From Gnetum montanum (taxonomy: Eukaryota > Plantae > Gnetophyta), in contig MNCI01000952.1 of assembly GCA_015680685.1 (NCBI GenBank), positions 370,963 to 434,962 of the forward strand: a DNA stretch of 64,000 nucleotides. The letters run 5' to 3'. Positions within the stretch are counted from its first letter, which is position 1, and each line of letters begins with the position of its first letter. Made by a program: the position numbers and the translations under genes. This document shows positions 38,403 to 50,581 of the stretch, in pieces. The notes under the pieces were generated by a model that worked only from the letters and a program-made list of their open reading frames with translations, made no database searches and was not told where the DNA came from.

Positions 38403-40499
38403 ATACCAGTTTTGTCTTGTCTTGTAATGATGATCAGTTCACATGTCATCCCATTAGTTCCACTTGAGTTAATAATCCCATACCGTTCCAATATTTTGTA
38501 AGGAACTCGAGGATGAGTTTTTATTCAGTCATGGGGGTATGATGGGATGTGATATCGCATCCGCCGTGATATCACATCCCCCTCTATATCACGTACACGG
38601 TATCTCATCTTCCCCTGTGATATCGTGTACGCGATATCGCAGTGTGCCATCAAATCTATAAATAAGAAGTAGCTCTCCCTTATTTCTGAATCTAGGCCTA
38701 GACTGTAGTGAAACTCTAGCAATTTTACCTCTTCAGAGATAGAATAATTTCCATGTGCCCACAGTAGGAGCTCCAAAGTGAACGGATCTTTATTCGAGCA
38801 AATATTGTACCTAAACACAAGTTTGTGTATGGCAATCAAGACAAAATTCTTGGATAAACCTTATAGTACATGGAATAGGCTAAATAGGACTTTATTTATT
38901 GTTCATCATTTAATTTATTTATTAGTCATTAAATCTCTCTCAACCCTTCTCTCCTAGTTAAGTGCATTTAGTACAACCGCTTCGAGCACGTGCATTACAC
39001 TTGGTGATCCCAGCAACGAATAATGTTTGGTAACCAAGGTTGCATTGGTTCAGGGTATGAACGGTAAGTGGGAACAGATACTGATGCTAGGTTAATTAAG
39101 ACTTAGTTAGTTAGTTAAGGTTAGTTAATTAGTCTCTTCACCCTTCACCTCATTAGCATAGGAGATAAATAGAAAATATATAAAAATCATATACCTCAGA
39201 CTTACTTAACCATACAACCGTGACAATACAAGTAAGTCTGGGAAGACAACGAATGATTAACCTTAAGTGTTCCATGAGGCGTGTAAGCACTTAGTCTGTG
39301 GAGTTCGACCGAATCGCGCGTGTAACGCTCATATTCGTATGGTTGAGTGTAGGGGTACCTCGCCACTCATCAGTTTCTATTATGTGTGTGTGTTTTGAGT
39401 CATTTCCTTCATAAGTGCAACTAGACTCTATTAGAATGTTACCTTGGTTATGTAGTTGAGAACTATTTGATTGATGTGGAGTTTAGTATTTGCACAGTGA
39501 ATAATGTCATAGTTTTCCCATTGTTTTATACTCTAGATGCCTTAAAAATTAAAATATCAAAAATATTTATTTAGTTTTCATTATATTGAGTTACAATGAT
39601 TCACCCTTATCCAAGGAGATTACAACTATATTACATGGTGATAGGGCATCAAGGTTGTGACTAGGGATCATTTATTGCTTTTTGTGTATGATGTTGCACC
39701 TATGCCTAAAGGGACTATTGCACGTTTGTGTGATTATGAGCATTGCACATGTTCCCATAATGGATTACAATGTGTATGTATTTATTATTTTTTTATACTT
39801 ATATATATATATATATAACACATAAAAATTATAAATATTTTCTTACTTCATCACCATGTCAACATGAGTTCTCATTGTATTATAAGTACTATAATATCTT
39901 TTATTTTTATTGAACATAATGACATACACAAGTGTTCTTAGCAATTCACTTAACATCATCTTCAAAGCTTACAACTGGATTGCATCAAGTTCTGTATGAT
40001 ATAATTGGTCATGGCTAATGGGACCCCTATCATTAGCATCATTACTAAGAAAGGTGTTAGTATATTTCCTAGAAATACTTGTCCACTTTTGATCTTATCA
40101 TTTTTCAACCTAAGTGCACATTTCTTTAGTGTTATGTGTAGGCTATTATCATGAATGATATTGCAAATAACACTTAAATCCCACAAAATATCTTGGTAGA
40201 AAAAATGTGACAAAATGAAGAAGGGCTTTTGTCACATTAAACACTTGGATGATGCAACCCTACCATTGGTTGTTTTGTCTTATCATCAAATAAGTAAGGG
40301 AGGTGATGTGATATCCATGGATACTTCTCAAAGGGACCAACTAAGGCTACATCACATGATTTCAAGGAGGCCATGATCAACACTAGCTTAGAGGATGATT
40401 ATACATTTTATCTGGCTTCAAAGCTAAAGTCTAGTGACTGCATATCCCATTAGAGAGAAGAGCTCAAATACCAAATGGTGGAAGAGGAGGCTCATTGTA

Positions 40500-43400
40500 G
40501 CTAAAAAGATCCATGGTCAAGAAACACTCATTGAAGTGTAGCTAAAACCCATGATGCTAATCTACTCCTTAAGTTCTAGCATCTACACTTTTCTAGACCA
40601 TTTGGTGATGATGATGTCCTTTTGCTTGATTGGGATGACTATCATGAACTTATTGAAGCTATCTATATTCCATAGGAGCATGTTATTGATAGTTGATCTA
40701 AATAGATTAATATGAATGATATCCCAACATAGAGAGGGCTTACCAATAATGATCCCTAACACCAAATGTAGGAATTTGACAATGCTTAGTACCCATAGGA
40801 AATTGTCAATGATTAACAAAAGTTGCAGTTGTTTTCTCACTTCTTCATCAAGCATGTGAAAACCTAGTATAAGATCTTACCCCTCAAATTAATTCAAAAA
40901 TGAGTAGACATGGTATGAATCTTCTACACCAAATTTTATGCTTATGCCCACATTTCAAACATTTAAAAGAAGATCATTGGATGGAGGTAAGGAACTCATG
41001 AATTGTTGGTCATTTTCATAGAACTATACATAAAAATGGTTCTCCATTGTTCAAACCATGAATTTAGCCAAAGAAAACAACTAATGTATATTGTGGAAGG
41101 CCTAAGGTAGGAAATAAGAGAGTCCATGGCCCAAATCAAAGTGCACCATGGCATCATTACAAGAATGGAAGATGAATAATGAATTTAATAATCAACCAAG
41201 GAATATAATCATGATCCTAATCATAGAAGGGAGGTTAACAACATTGAAGGTACAAATAAACTTTCCACTACTATTAAGGTCTTAGTGAAAGATCAAGTCA
41301 AAACCAAGAAGACCTTGACAGAGTTAGTCCCAAAGGTGGATGAGGTTTGGAAAATGATGAATGATAAGATGATCACTACCCTTAATGACATTGAGGGTAA
41401 GATGGTTGAAGTTATGTTCAAAGAAATTGTACCACTAAAACATAGAAAGAAGTACAATGATAAAGATAAGGGGAAGTTCTCCTACTCTTAAAGCATTAAG
41501 GAAGATCCATATGAGGCTTTCTCATCCTCCAATGATGAGGATCCCTACGAATATTGTGCAAATCCTCATGACTCATAGTGTTTCTTAGTCATAGCTCATA
41601 TTATTGGTGAAATAGAACGAGTTGGGATGCTTCTGAATCCTAAGTTCTTCAAGAGGAAAACAAGGAAGACTCTGTATCTTGGTAGATCATACTATCCTAA
41701 ACATGCATACCCACAACATATGCAATAGTACTAGCAATGGTAGACTTCAAATACTTGGGGTGCTACTCCATGGAATCTTCCTACTCTAATGTAACAATAG
41801 ATGATGCTTACTACTAATTCTTAATTTCAAGGTGCTTAGGTAGATACTTATTCACTTCCATAAATGATACCTCAATAGGACTTTCATGTGTCAAGTAATC
41901 CTACATCAGAAGCTCCTCAACAATAGTAGCAACACTTCTTGGTCACATGTATGGTGGGATTCATAGTCATCCACAACCAAGAAAAACCTAGTTTTTTGAT
42001 ATTTTCTATTATGCTAATCCTAATTCCATGTACATGACTAGAAAATATTACAAAACAATTGTTAATTTTGTTGGCAAGGTAAGTCTAAGGTCCCATGGTG
42101 AAAAAATCTATCACAAGCACAAACATGTGTTCCATGGGATTGGGTCCACTCCACCCTCTTTATTCTATGGAGAGGATAATAATATAAGCAAAACGGAAGT
42201 CCAGACTAAGAAAATCCTAGTACCATTTCCTAAATGCTGTCAAAATGAGATATCCACTTTAGGAAGAAGTTCTTCAATAGTGTTTCATAGATCAAACAAG
42301 ATAACATCTAATGGTAACATGTCATGATCATTACTATGTCTAGCGTAGCCACATGGGTGGTAAAGGAAGGTTACCTACTTGAAAAGAAATTAGATCCTAG
42401 TAGTCCCATGGTGGTGATCCAAATTGGTAAGGAAGGCCACTGTCTACCTCTCTACAACTTCATTTTAGGGATCAACATCATTTCATTACTCTAGTACCTT
42501 GATTAGGATTTCACTTCTTTCAAGAGTACTAACATTCAACTATAGCTGGCAATCCAAGCCTACACATATCCATGGGATAGTTAAATGATGTGATAACATC
42601 AACACGATAGTTGTATCTTGTAGACTTTTTAGTCATCAAACTAGAAAACAAGGTGGGAGACAACTTCTCTGTCATCAGGGAAAAAGCCTAGTTGAGTACT
42701 ATTAATGTTAGGTTAGTCTTCCAATGCCTTCACCATGAAATCAGTAGCAAAAAGAAGATTGATAAGACACATTATAAGAGGATCTTATGTAATCCTTCCT
42801 ACTCTTGTAGGAAGCATGGTTGCAACTTTTGTATTATATAACTTCTTTATGCCATCAGAGATGTTAAAAACCTTGAAGAATATCTAGTCCATGAGGCCAC
42901 AAATTAGGTCTTGGAAAGACCAATTGATTATTTTGCCCTACCTAATGTTGAATCATCTAATTTCAAAGTAGATAATAGAAAGGCTATTGCAATGGTATAG
43001 TATGATCCTAAATTTTGGAACTCTTGATTTGTCCTAGAATCTTCTTGCACTAAGACTAGAGCTCAAGCCACTTCCAAAGGACATAGACTACATGTTCCTC
43101 ATCTATGGTCATCTAATTATCATTAATTCTAATTTGATGATCATCTTAAAGATTGAAATAAAAAAGATAGTTGTGAAGTGAAGAAAATCCTTTGCTTAGT
43201 TCCATGATGAACTTATAAGAATTGAATCCTCTATTTATCAACACTACATTTATATGGATCCAAGCATCATACCTTAGTAGATACTTTAATGAAGACTTAA
43301 TCCTAACATGTGGAACGTGATGAAAAATGAAAACATATATCTCTTACAAGTTGGTTTCATTGCATTCATTTTTTATATTGATTGGATCAGTCCAATTATA

Positions 43401-43626
43401 GTTGCACCAAAGAAAGGTAATGAATGGAAAGTTTATATTAACTACAGGTTACTAAACACTGTCACCTTTAAAGATAATTTTTCATTACTATTCATGGACT
43501 AGGCATTGGACAACATCTCTAGCTAAAATTACTATAACTTTCTCCATGAGTATTCTAGTTATAATTAGATTAGCATCATGCTATAGGATTAAGAAAAAAC
43601 CTACATTTATTTGTAGAAAGAATTTG
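40500..43626 (+). pseudogene. gag, protease and N-terminal RT of element D
   Basis: MNDIPT*RG..QKLQLF (gag). LDPSSPMVVIQIG (protease region). DWISPIIVAPKKGNEWKVYINYRLLNTVTFKDNFSL (RT). Start approximate. Confidence 0.85.
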
Positions 43627-44580
43627 CCTTCTGATGAGTGGCAAGGTACCCCTACACTCAATCATACGAATATGAGCATTTCACGTGCAATCTAGTGGAA
43701 CTGCAAGGACTAAGTGCTTACGTGCCTTAATGGAACACTTAAGGTTAATCAATCGTTGTCTTCCTAGACTTACTTGTATTGTCACGGTTGTATGGTTAAG
43801 TAAGTCTGAGGTATATGGCTTTTATGTGTTTTATCTTTTTAATGCCTTATGCTAAGAGGGAAGGGTGAAGAGACTAAGTAACTAACTTTCATTAACTAAC
43901 TTCTAATTATCCTAGCATCATTCTCTGTTCCCACTTTTCGTACACACCCTAAACTAGTGCAACGCTACTGGGATTACCAAACGCTATTCGTTACTAGGTT
44001 ACCAAGTGTGGCACACATGCTCGAAGCGGTCGTATTGAATGCACTTAACTAGGAGAGTTGAGGGTTGAGAGAAACTAATTATCTAATAAAGCATTTAAAC
44101 ATTTAAAAATAATTAAAGTCCTATTTAGCTTAGTCCATATGCTGCAAGGTTTATCAAAAAGTTCATCTTTATTAACTTACACAATTATGTGCTTAGGTAC
44201 AAAATTGCTCGAATAAAGATCCATTCACTTTGAGACTCCTATTGCGGGCACATGGAAATTATTCTAACTCTGGAATGGTAAAACTGCTAGATTTTGGCTA
44301 AGGGTCTAGATCTAGATGGGAAAAAAAGTGAAAGCCACCTCTTATTTATAGAACTGGTGACGGGCTATGATATCATGTATGCAATATCGTAGCCCATGCG
44401 ATATTGCAGCTCATCATACCCCCATGACTGAATAAGACCTCGTCTTGAGTTCCTTACAAAATATTGGGAAGGTATGGGATTATTGACTTGAATGGAACTA
44501 ATGGTGAATGGGGTGACATGTGAATGGATCATCATTACAATACATGACAAAATTAGTGTTCATGACAACAAGAGTGAACA

Positions 44581-44617
44581 CTATATACATTTGACATCCA
44601 GCCTTATTTGGTAGCTA

Positions 44618-44648
<31 letters not shown>

Positions 44649-44871
44649 TGCTGCTGTCAACGCCAAGATTGCGCCTTTCATTGTCTATCCGTAAGTGCAC
44701 CATCAATCTTGTTCCTTTTAAAATTGCTTTAGCACTGATCCATTCCACGTGTTCCCTCCAGATCCAATCCATTATTGTATGATTTCCATCTGCACACACA
44801 ACACAGTCTCATATTAGCAAGGATAAATGAAGCACAATGCAGTTGATACCTTGCCTCAGTGTAAGGTCCAT
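44581..44871 (-). CDS. Putative small spliced ORF (76 aa) in the 3' region of C
   Basis: Exon 1 44871-44850 (MDLTLRQ). Intron 44849..44790 (AAG|GTATCA..CTAAT..TGCAG) contains an in-frame stop. Exon 2 reads DGNHTIMDWIWREHVEW..DNERRNLGVDSSK. Confidence 0.45.
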
Positions 44872-46293
44872 TGGCTAAGTTGTGATATGGCTAATGTGGA
44901 TTCTAGAGATATAATAATGGTGACTACCCAAGGTGTAGGGGTTAGGAGAAAATCAAAAATCAAAAAAATTGGACCATGACCCCCATGACTAATTGTGAAC
45001 CTCCAATAGCGAGAGAATGGAAAAAGATAAGGAAAAAGAAAGATGAAGAAAAAGAGACAACTGTAACGCTGATGAAATGGATGTCAGAGATTGAAATGAA
45101 CAAAACAGAAATTGATTGTGAAAATGTTTAAGGAAAAGAAATTAACTGATGCATCAAATAGGAATGCCAGTGGGTCCTCCCCAAAGTAGGCTCATGCCCT
45201 TAATGCCCTGACATTCCCACATTCAAAGAGTTCGTGGGCTCTGAAAATGTCATTTGGAAGCAAGAGTTAAATTCTTAACCACAAGAATTTACCAAAAAGA
45301 AAACAATGCATCCACCAAAATATGGACTACTGATATAATCGGCAATGAGGTGATAAATGGAGAAAGAAGGATGGGAAGAAGCGAATGGAATGGAATTTCA
45401 AGAACAAGGTGATGTACAACCCCTTGTGTATTTAATGATTAATGTGACTTGGTAGACCTTATTCCAAATCTAGCCTCAAACAAACCACATCCAGTGACTT
45501 CACATTAATACATGTGGCCAATCCATCCCCATAAAGTAGCAAGAATGCCTCTGTCAAAGAGTCACCACCATTTCGACAAAATGGAAGAGGAGAAAGTAGG
45601 AAGTGAGAAGGGCCTTAGTTAGAGGAAACATATTTATTTTAGTTCCATAACCAATGCTTATAGCCTGAATGATTATTGTGTCTAAGGGATGTGCTTTGAA
45701 TCCTCACTATTTTTTTTGTTTTTTTTTTTGTGTTTTTGCGTGAGAACCACACCATGCAAAGACTTATTATTTCTATTTGCTCAGCTTCCCGATAATGGGG
45801 TAACATCGAAACGGTAAGACAACCTAAGAAGAAAACATCCAAGCACCCAAGAGAATGGCCAACACAAATGCATCAAGTCCCCTTGAAGTCACACCCTTTT
45901 TAATCTTTGAGTCCTTCCTTAGTTTGAGAACTACCTAGTCATTGGTTCATTGATAGTTCTTATTATTTTGAAGAAAGGGACTATACAGTTCCAAGCCAAG
46001 AGAGACCATAGAGATTTATGTATGCATGGGTGATGTGGACTCATTGCCTACTATATCAAAAGAACCATACCTTGGTATCAACATCGGAACTTAAAGGTAA
46101 AAACCAAACATTAGCAATCAATGGAATACAGTTCATACCATCATCAGGAGCACTTATTAGGTGATGAATCAAACAAAATAAACAAACACACAAAGAAATG
46201 AAAGAGTATAAATGATGTTGTAAAACAAAAACAAGAAAAGTTAAAGAAATTTGTAAAACAAAAAATTTAAAAAGAACTGAGGGCCTCGATTGA

Positions 46294-49200
46294 TTAGCAT
46301 AGGTGGCCATCTCCTCCATGACTGAATGAAAAGGGAGAGATCCGAAATAATGAGTACTTGTTTGAATTTCTTAGAAGTGTCCAACTTCTCCCAATTGATG
46401 TTTTCAGGTTAAGGGTTGGGAGTTGGTGACGCTCTTGCTCTAGTGTATCTATGCTTTTGATGTGGGCACAAGTTGTTCCCCCAATTAGTTCCATGCATGT
46501 TGGTGAGTTGCTCTCCTTATTAGCTATCAACCACTAGGTGTTCTCTTATTGTGTGGTTACTACAATCAGGCACTTTTGTATGTTAACTTCCTAGGCAGAC
46601 CGGTTGCATGCAGGAGATGCCGAACACTCCTATATGCCATCACCCTCTGTGTCACTGTATGTGATGCATGGAACCTTCTTCTTCTCAATCTTCCCATGAG
46701 TGTTTTCCTTAGATATTTCTAGGGAAATATTGCAGATTCCTAGGCATGCATTAATGGTGCTTAGCCGTGCCCTTCCCATTATTATTGGGAAGTCCCGTTT
46801 GTCATTGTTTACTTGGATCACTAGGAAATCAGCTGGGTATGACCAACCACACATAGTGGTAACAATGTCCTCCACCAATCCCAAAGGAATGGTGATGGAC
46901 TAGACAGCTAACTCTAAGCGAATATTGCTCTTCTTTAGTGGAGGCAGGTTCCAGGCTTTATACATTTCCTGCGATATCAAGTTTACTTCGGAACCTGAGT
47001 CAAGAAGAGCCTTACGTGGTTCATTCCCAGTGACTTGGAGATAGATTAAGGGACTTCCAAGATTAGAGAGTTTCCTGGGAAGGTGGCCTTCCTTGATCTA
47101 GTCAATGATGGTGTGTGTTAACATAACCGTATGCATTGAGCTCTGTTGTTGATTTGAAGGGAGCTTCAAAGCCTTATTTGATGGAGGAACATTCTGAGGC
47201 TCAACCACTTGCGGTTGTGAGAACTTTTTTAGACTATTGGTTCTAAAGAAAGGTCTTCTCCTTGTATGGTTGTCAAAACCAACATTGGGTTGAAGGTTTA
47301 TAGCTCTCGTAGCATTGTGTTGCTACGGTTGAGTGGGGATTTTCCCTTCCATCGTTGGAGCGAGTGGTAGTGGAGCTATCAGTGTAAGAGTTGCAGGTGG
47401 ATTCAGAGGATGGTATGGATGTGGTGTATCTCTTCTAGGAGAATGAGTCCTATAGTACTCCTGAGTTTGGTAGTGACATTGTGGGGTTACATGATCGATA
47501 GAGTCACTTGGAGAGACCACCTACTACACGTAATAGCCATATGGATCTAGTTGCCAGTAAGGGTATTGTTGCCTAGGCGGTGGCATCCCCCATGACTATG
47601 GGTATTGCCACTGTTGGTGGTGCTCAATAGGTTGTGACAGAGTTCCACTTGGATAATATGTTAAGGGTTGGTGGAATTGCCTTAGGTTACCTTGGGGATA
47701 AGGTAACCTTCGGGGTGCTTGCCATTTGTTAAGTCTTGGGTTGAGTGCATACACCCCAGACTCTTGCAGATGTGAGATTATTGGGCAACATCCCTTAGGA
47801 TGGTCATACTAGCATATCTCACATCTACCATCACTGTCTATATCAGAATCCACAACCTCTTCGGTGATTGCCATTTCACCCTTACCTTTGTTACGTGCAT
47901 GGTGAAAATCCCTCTTTTTCTTTCTATCATGGTCACTACTTTGCTCCTTACACTCTTCTTCGATTTTAAGGATGGTTTTAAATCTACTATCTAAGGAGTC
48001 CCACATTTGATCTACCTTAGTTGACACTTCTATTGTCAATTTTTGAAGTGGAAAGGTTTTTTTGTTCACCATCTCTTCAAGTGGTGACTCTTCCTCCTCC
48101 TCATAGAATCTCGCTCCCCTTTTTCAGAGGGAAGGATCACAGTTGTACTCTTCTATGCTTTCTCTCTTATGTAGCTCTCCTTATTCCTTAGCCACTTACT
48201 CCAACAATCTATGAACCTAATGGGACCTAAGTTCAGATAATCTCCCTTGGGCATATGTTCCAAGGGTTCTCCTAGTTTCATGTCTTAGCCCATCTACGAG
48301 GTGGCGTAGAGTATCCCAATGTGCGTAACCATGGCCCGGGCAATGATTTAATAGTGCATAATATCGGTCCATGGAAACATCCAAGGGTTCATGATTACCT
48401 TGCTTCCATCCTTGGATCTACTTTCACAAGTTGGACACTCAGGAGTACGTTTGATATTTATCGTTAAATACTTCTAGCATCGTACTCCACCTTCAAATGG
48501 ATTCCGACTCTAAGGACCGGTACTAGCTTTCTGCTTCTTTTATGAGTGTCCTTGGAAACAACTTTAACTTTTGCCACTCATTTTCAATATTCTGAAAGGC
48601 ACAGGCATTGTGAAATGCTTGTAAGTGATTTTGCGAATCAGCATTGTATCCCCCCTCAAATCGTGAGATATTATTCATGTCTAGTCTCTTGATCTAGCTA
48701 TCTTTTTGGTGCCTTGTAGGTATTCTAATGGCCTCTGTAATGTCTAACATGCTTCAGGTTCATGGTCATTTTTCTCATGGTGTCTATGATGTCTATGCAG
48801 TTCCCTACTTTCCCTTCTTCCATGCCATGATTCTCTAGAATGCCCTCTTCCTCGCTTTCGACTCTCTTATTGAGGTTTCTCACTTTGCTTACCCTTATCC
48901 TCATGGTTATGTTCCTTATGACTGCGTACTAATGTTGAAGGAGAGGGTGAATGTGATGATGAAGGGGAAGAGGAAGGAGAACCATCACCATAACAATGTT
49001 TCCTACCTTCCCTTCGATGATCTCGGCCCCAATCATGATGACGATCAAATTGCCTACCCTTGTCATTTGTTTGTGTTCCCTCATTCAACACTTGGTGTTC
49101 ATGGGGATCAAAACTAGGGTTATCAATCGTGGAGTGTAGGTTTTGATACCCCACCTCCTCACCATCGTTGGGAGGGGGAACATCAGTTTGTGGAGAACCT

Positions 49201-49646
49201 ATTAAAATAGGTTCACCACCCTTATTTTCTCTTATGCTAGGTGAAGCATTATGGGGTCTTTTGCCCTTCAACGATGTATGATAACTCTCCTACTACAAGT
49301 CCCGTTGACGTTGCACTTCTGTGGGATGGTAGTCCCTTGCTTTGTAATCACATGCAACATACTTTGCATATAATTGTGACATGTCGATCCGTGTAAGGGT
49401 ACAAAGGAGCATGTTGGGGGTGGCTCTGTCTCGAAGCAATACTATGTTATCCTCCAAGTCTCTCCATCGCAGTTGTTCATCTTGATGGAAGATAAAGGTA
49501 AAGTCAGGTATATACTCATCATGGTGAGTATACACCATAGTGAATTGTTGAGTAACTAGCAGTTCTTAGTTATGTATGTTGTGCCGTCGACTGCCTCTTG
49601 TGTGGTCCCTAGGCGGTGAAGTGCTTTTGTGAGAAGAAGAAGACAT
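46294..49646 (-). pseudogene. gag-protease ORF of element C
   Basis: Collinear with B. KALLDSGSEVNLI and YPADFLVI..IMGRARL. Ends FSHGGDGHLC*. Confidence 0.9.
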
Positions 49647-50581
49647 TGTTATCTTATTTGGTGTGCTATTGACTGTTGTTTAATTTTTCTCTGATTAATC
49701 CTAAGGGTTCATTTAAGCTTCCCAACGATGTGGATGATTTCCTATGTTCTATGTAGCACACAAACAACTAAGTCCCCGACAACGGCACCAATGATGAGTG
49801 GCGAGGTACCCCTACACTCAACCATACGAATACGAGCGTTTCACACGCGATCCGGTTGAACTCCAAGGACTAAGTGGTTACGTGCCTTAATGGAACACTT
49901 AAGGTTAATCAATCGTTGTCTTCCCAGACTTACTTGTATTGTTACGGTTGTATGGTTAAGTAAGTCTAAGGTATATGATTTTTATGTCTTTTATCTTTTT
50001 AATGCCTTATGCTAAGAGGGAAGGGTGAAGAGACTAAGTAACTAACTTTCATTAACTAAGTTCTAATTATCCTAGCATCAGTATCCATTCCCACTTTCCG
50101 TACACACCCTGAACTAGTGCAACGCTACTGGGATTACCAAACGCTATTCATTACGGGGTTACCAAGTGTGGCACATGTGCTCGAAGTGGTTGTACTGAAT
50201 GCACTTAACTAGGAGAGTTGAGGGTTGAGAGAGACTAATTATCTAATAAAACATTTAAACATTTAACAATAATTAAAGTCCTATTTAACGTAGTCCATAT
50301 GCTGCAAGGTTTATCAAAAAGCTCATCTTTATTGTTGTACACAATTGTGTGCTTAGGTACAAAATTGCTCGAATAAAGATCAGTTCATTTTGAGACTCCT
50401 ACTGTGGGCACATGGAAATTATTCTAACTCTGGAGTAGTAAAATTGCTAGAGTTTGGCTAAGGTTCTAGATCTAGATGAAAAAACAAGGGAAATCCACCT
50501 CTTATTTATAGAACTAGCAACAGGCTGCGATATCACGTACGCGATATCGCGGCCCATGTGATATCGCAGCTCATCACCTTC

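Larger units (their letters stand above)
32319..39372 (+). mobile_element. Element B: non-autonomous gag-protease LTR element (TR-GAG-like), nested in the 5' LTR of D
   Basis: LTRs 32319..33145 and 38540..39372. TSD GTTTC on both sides. PBS TTGGCGTCATTGCCAGGGA at 33146. PPT atgggggta at 38531-39. Confidence 0.96.
43632..50576 (-). mobile_element. Element C: non-autonomous gag-protease LTR element, same family as B, nested in the RT of D
   Basis: LTRs 49792..50576 and 43632..44416 (both 785 bp). TSD CCTTC on both sides. PBS TTGGTGCCGTTGTCGGGGA. PPT atgggggta. Confidence 0.97.
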
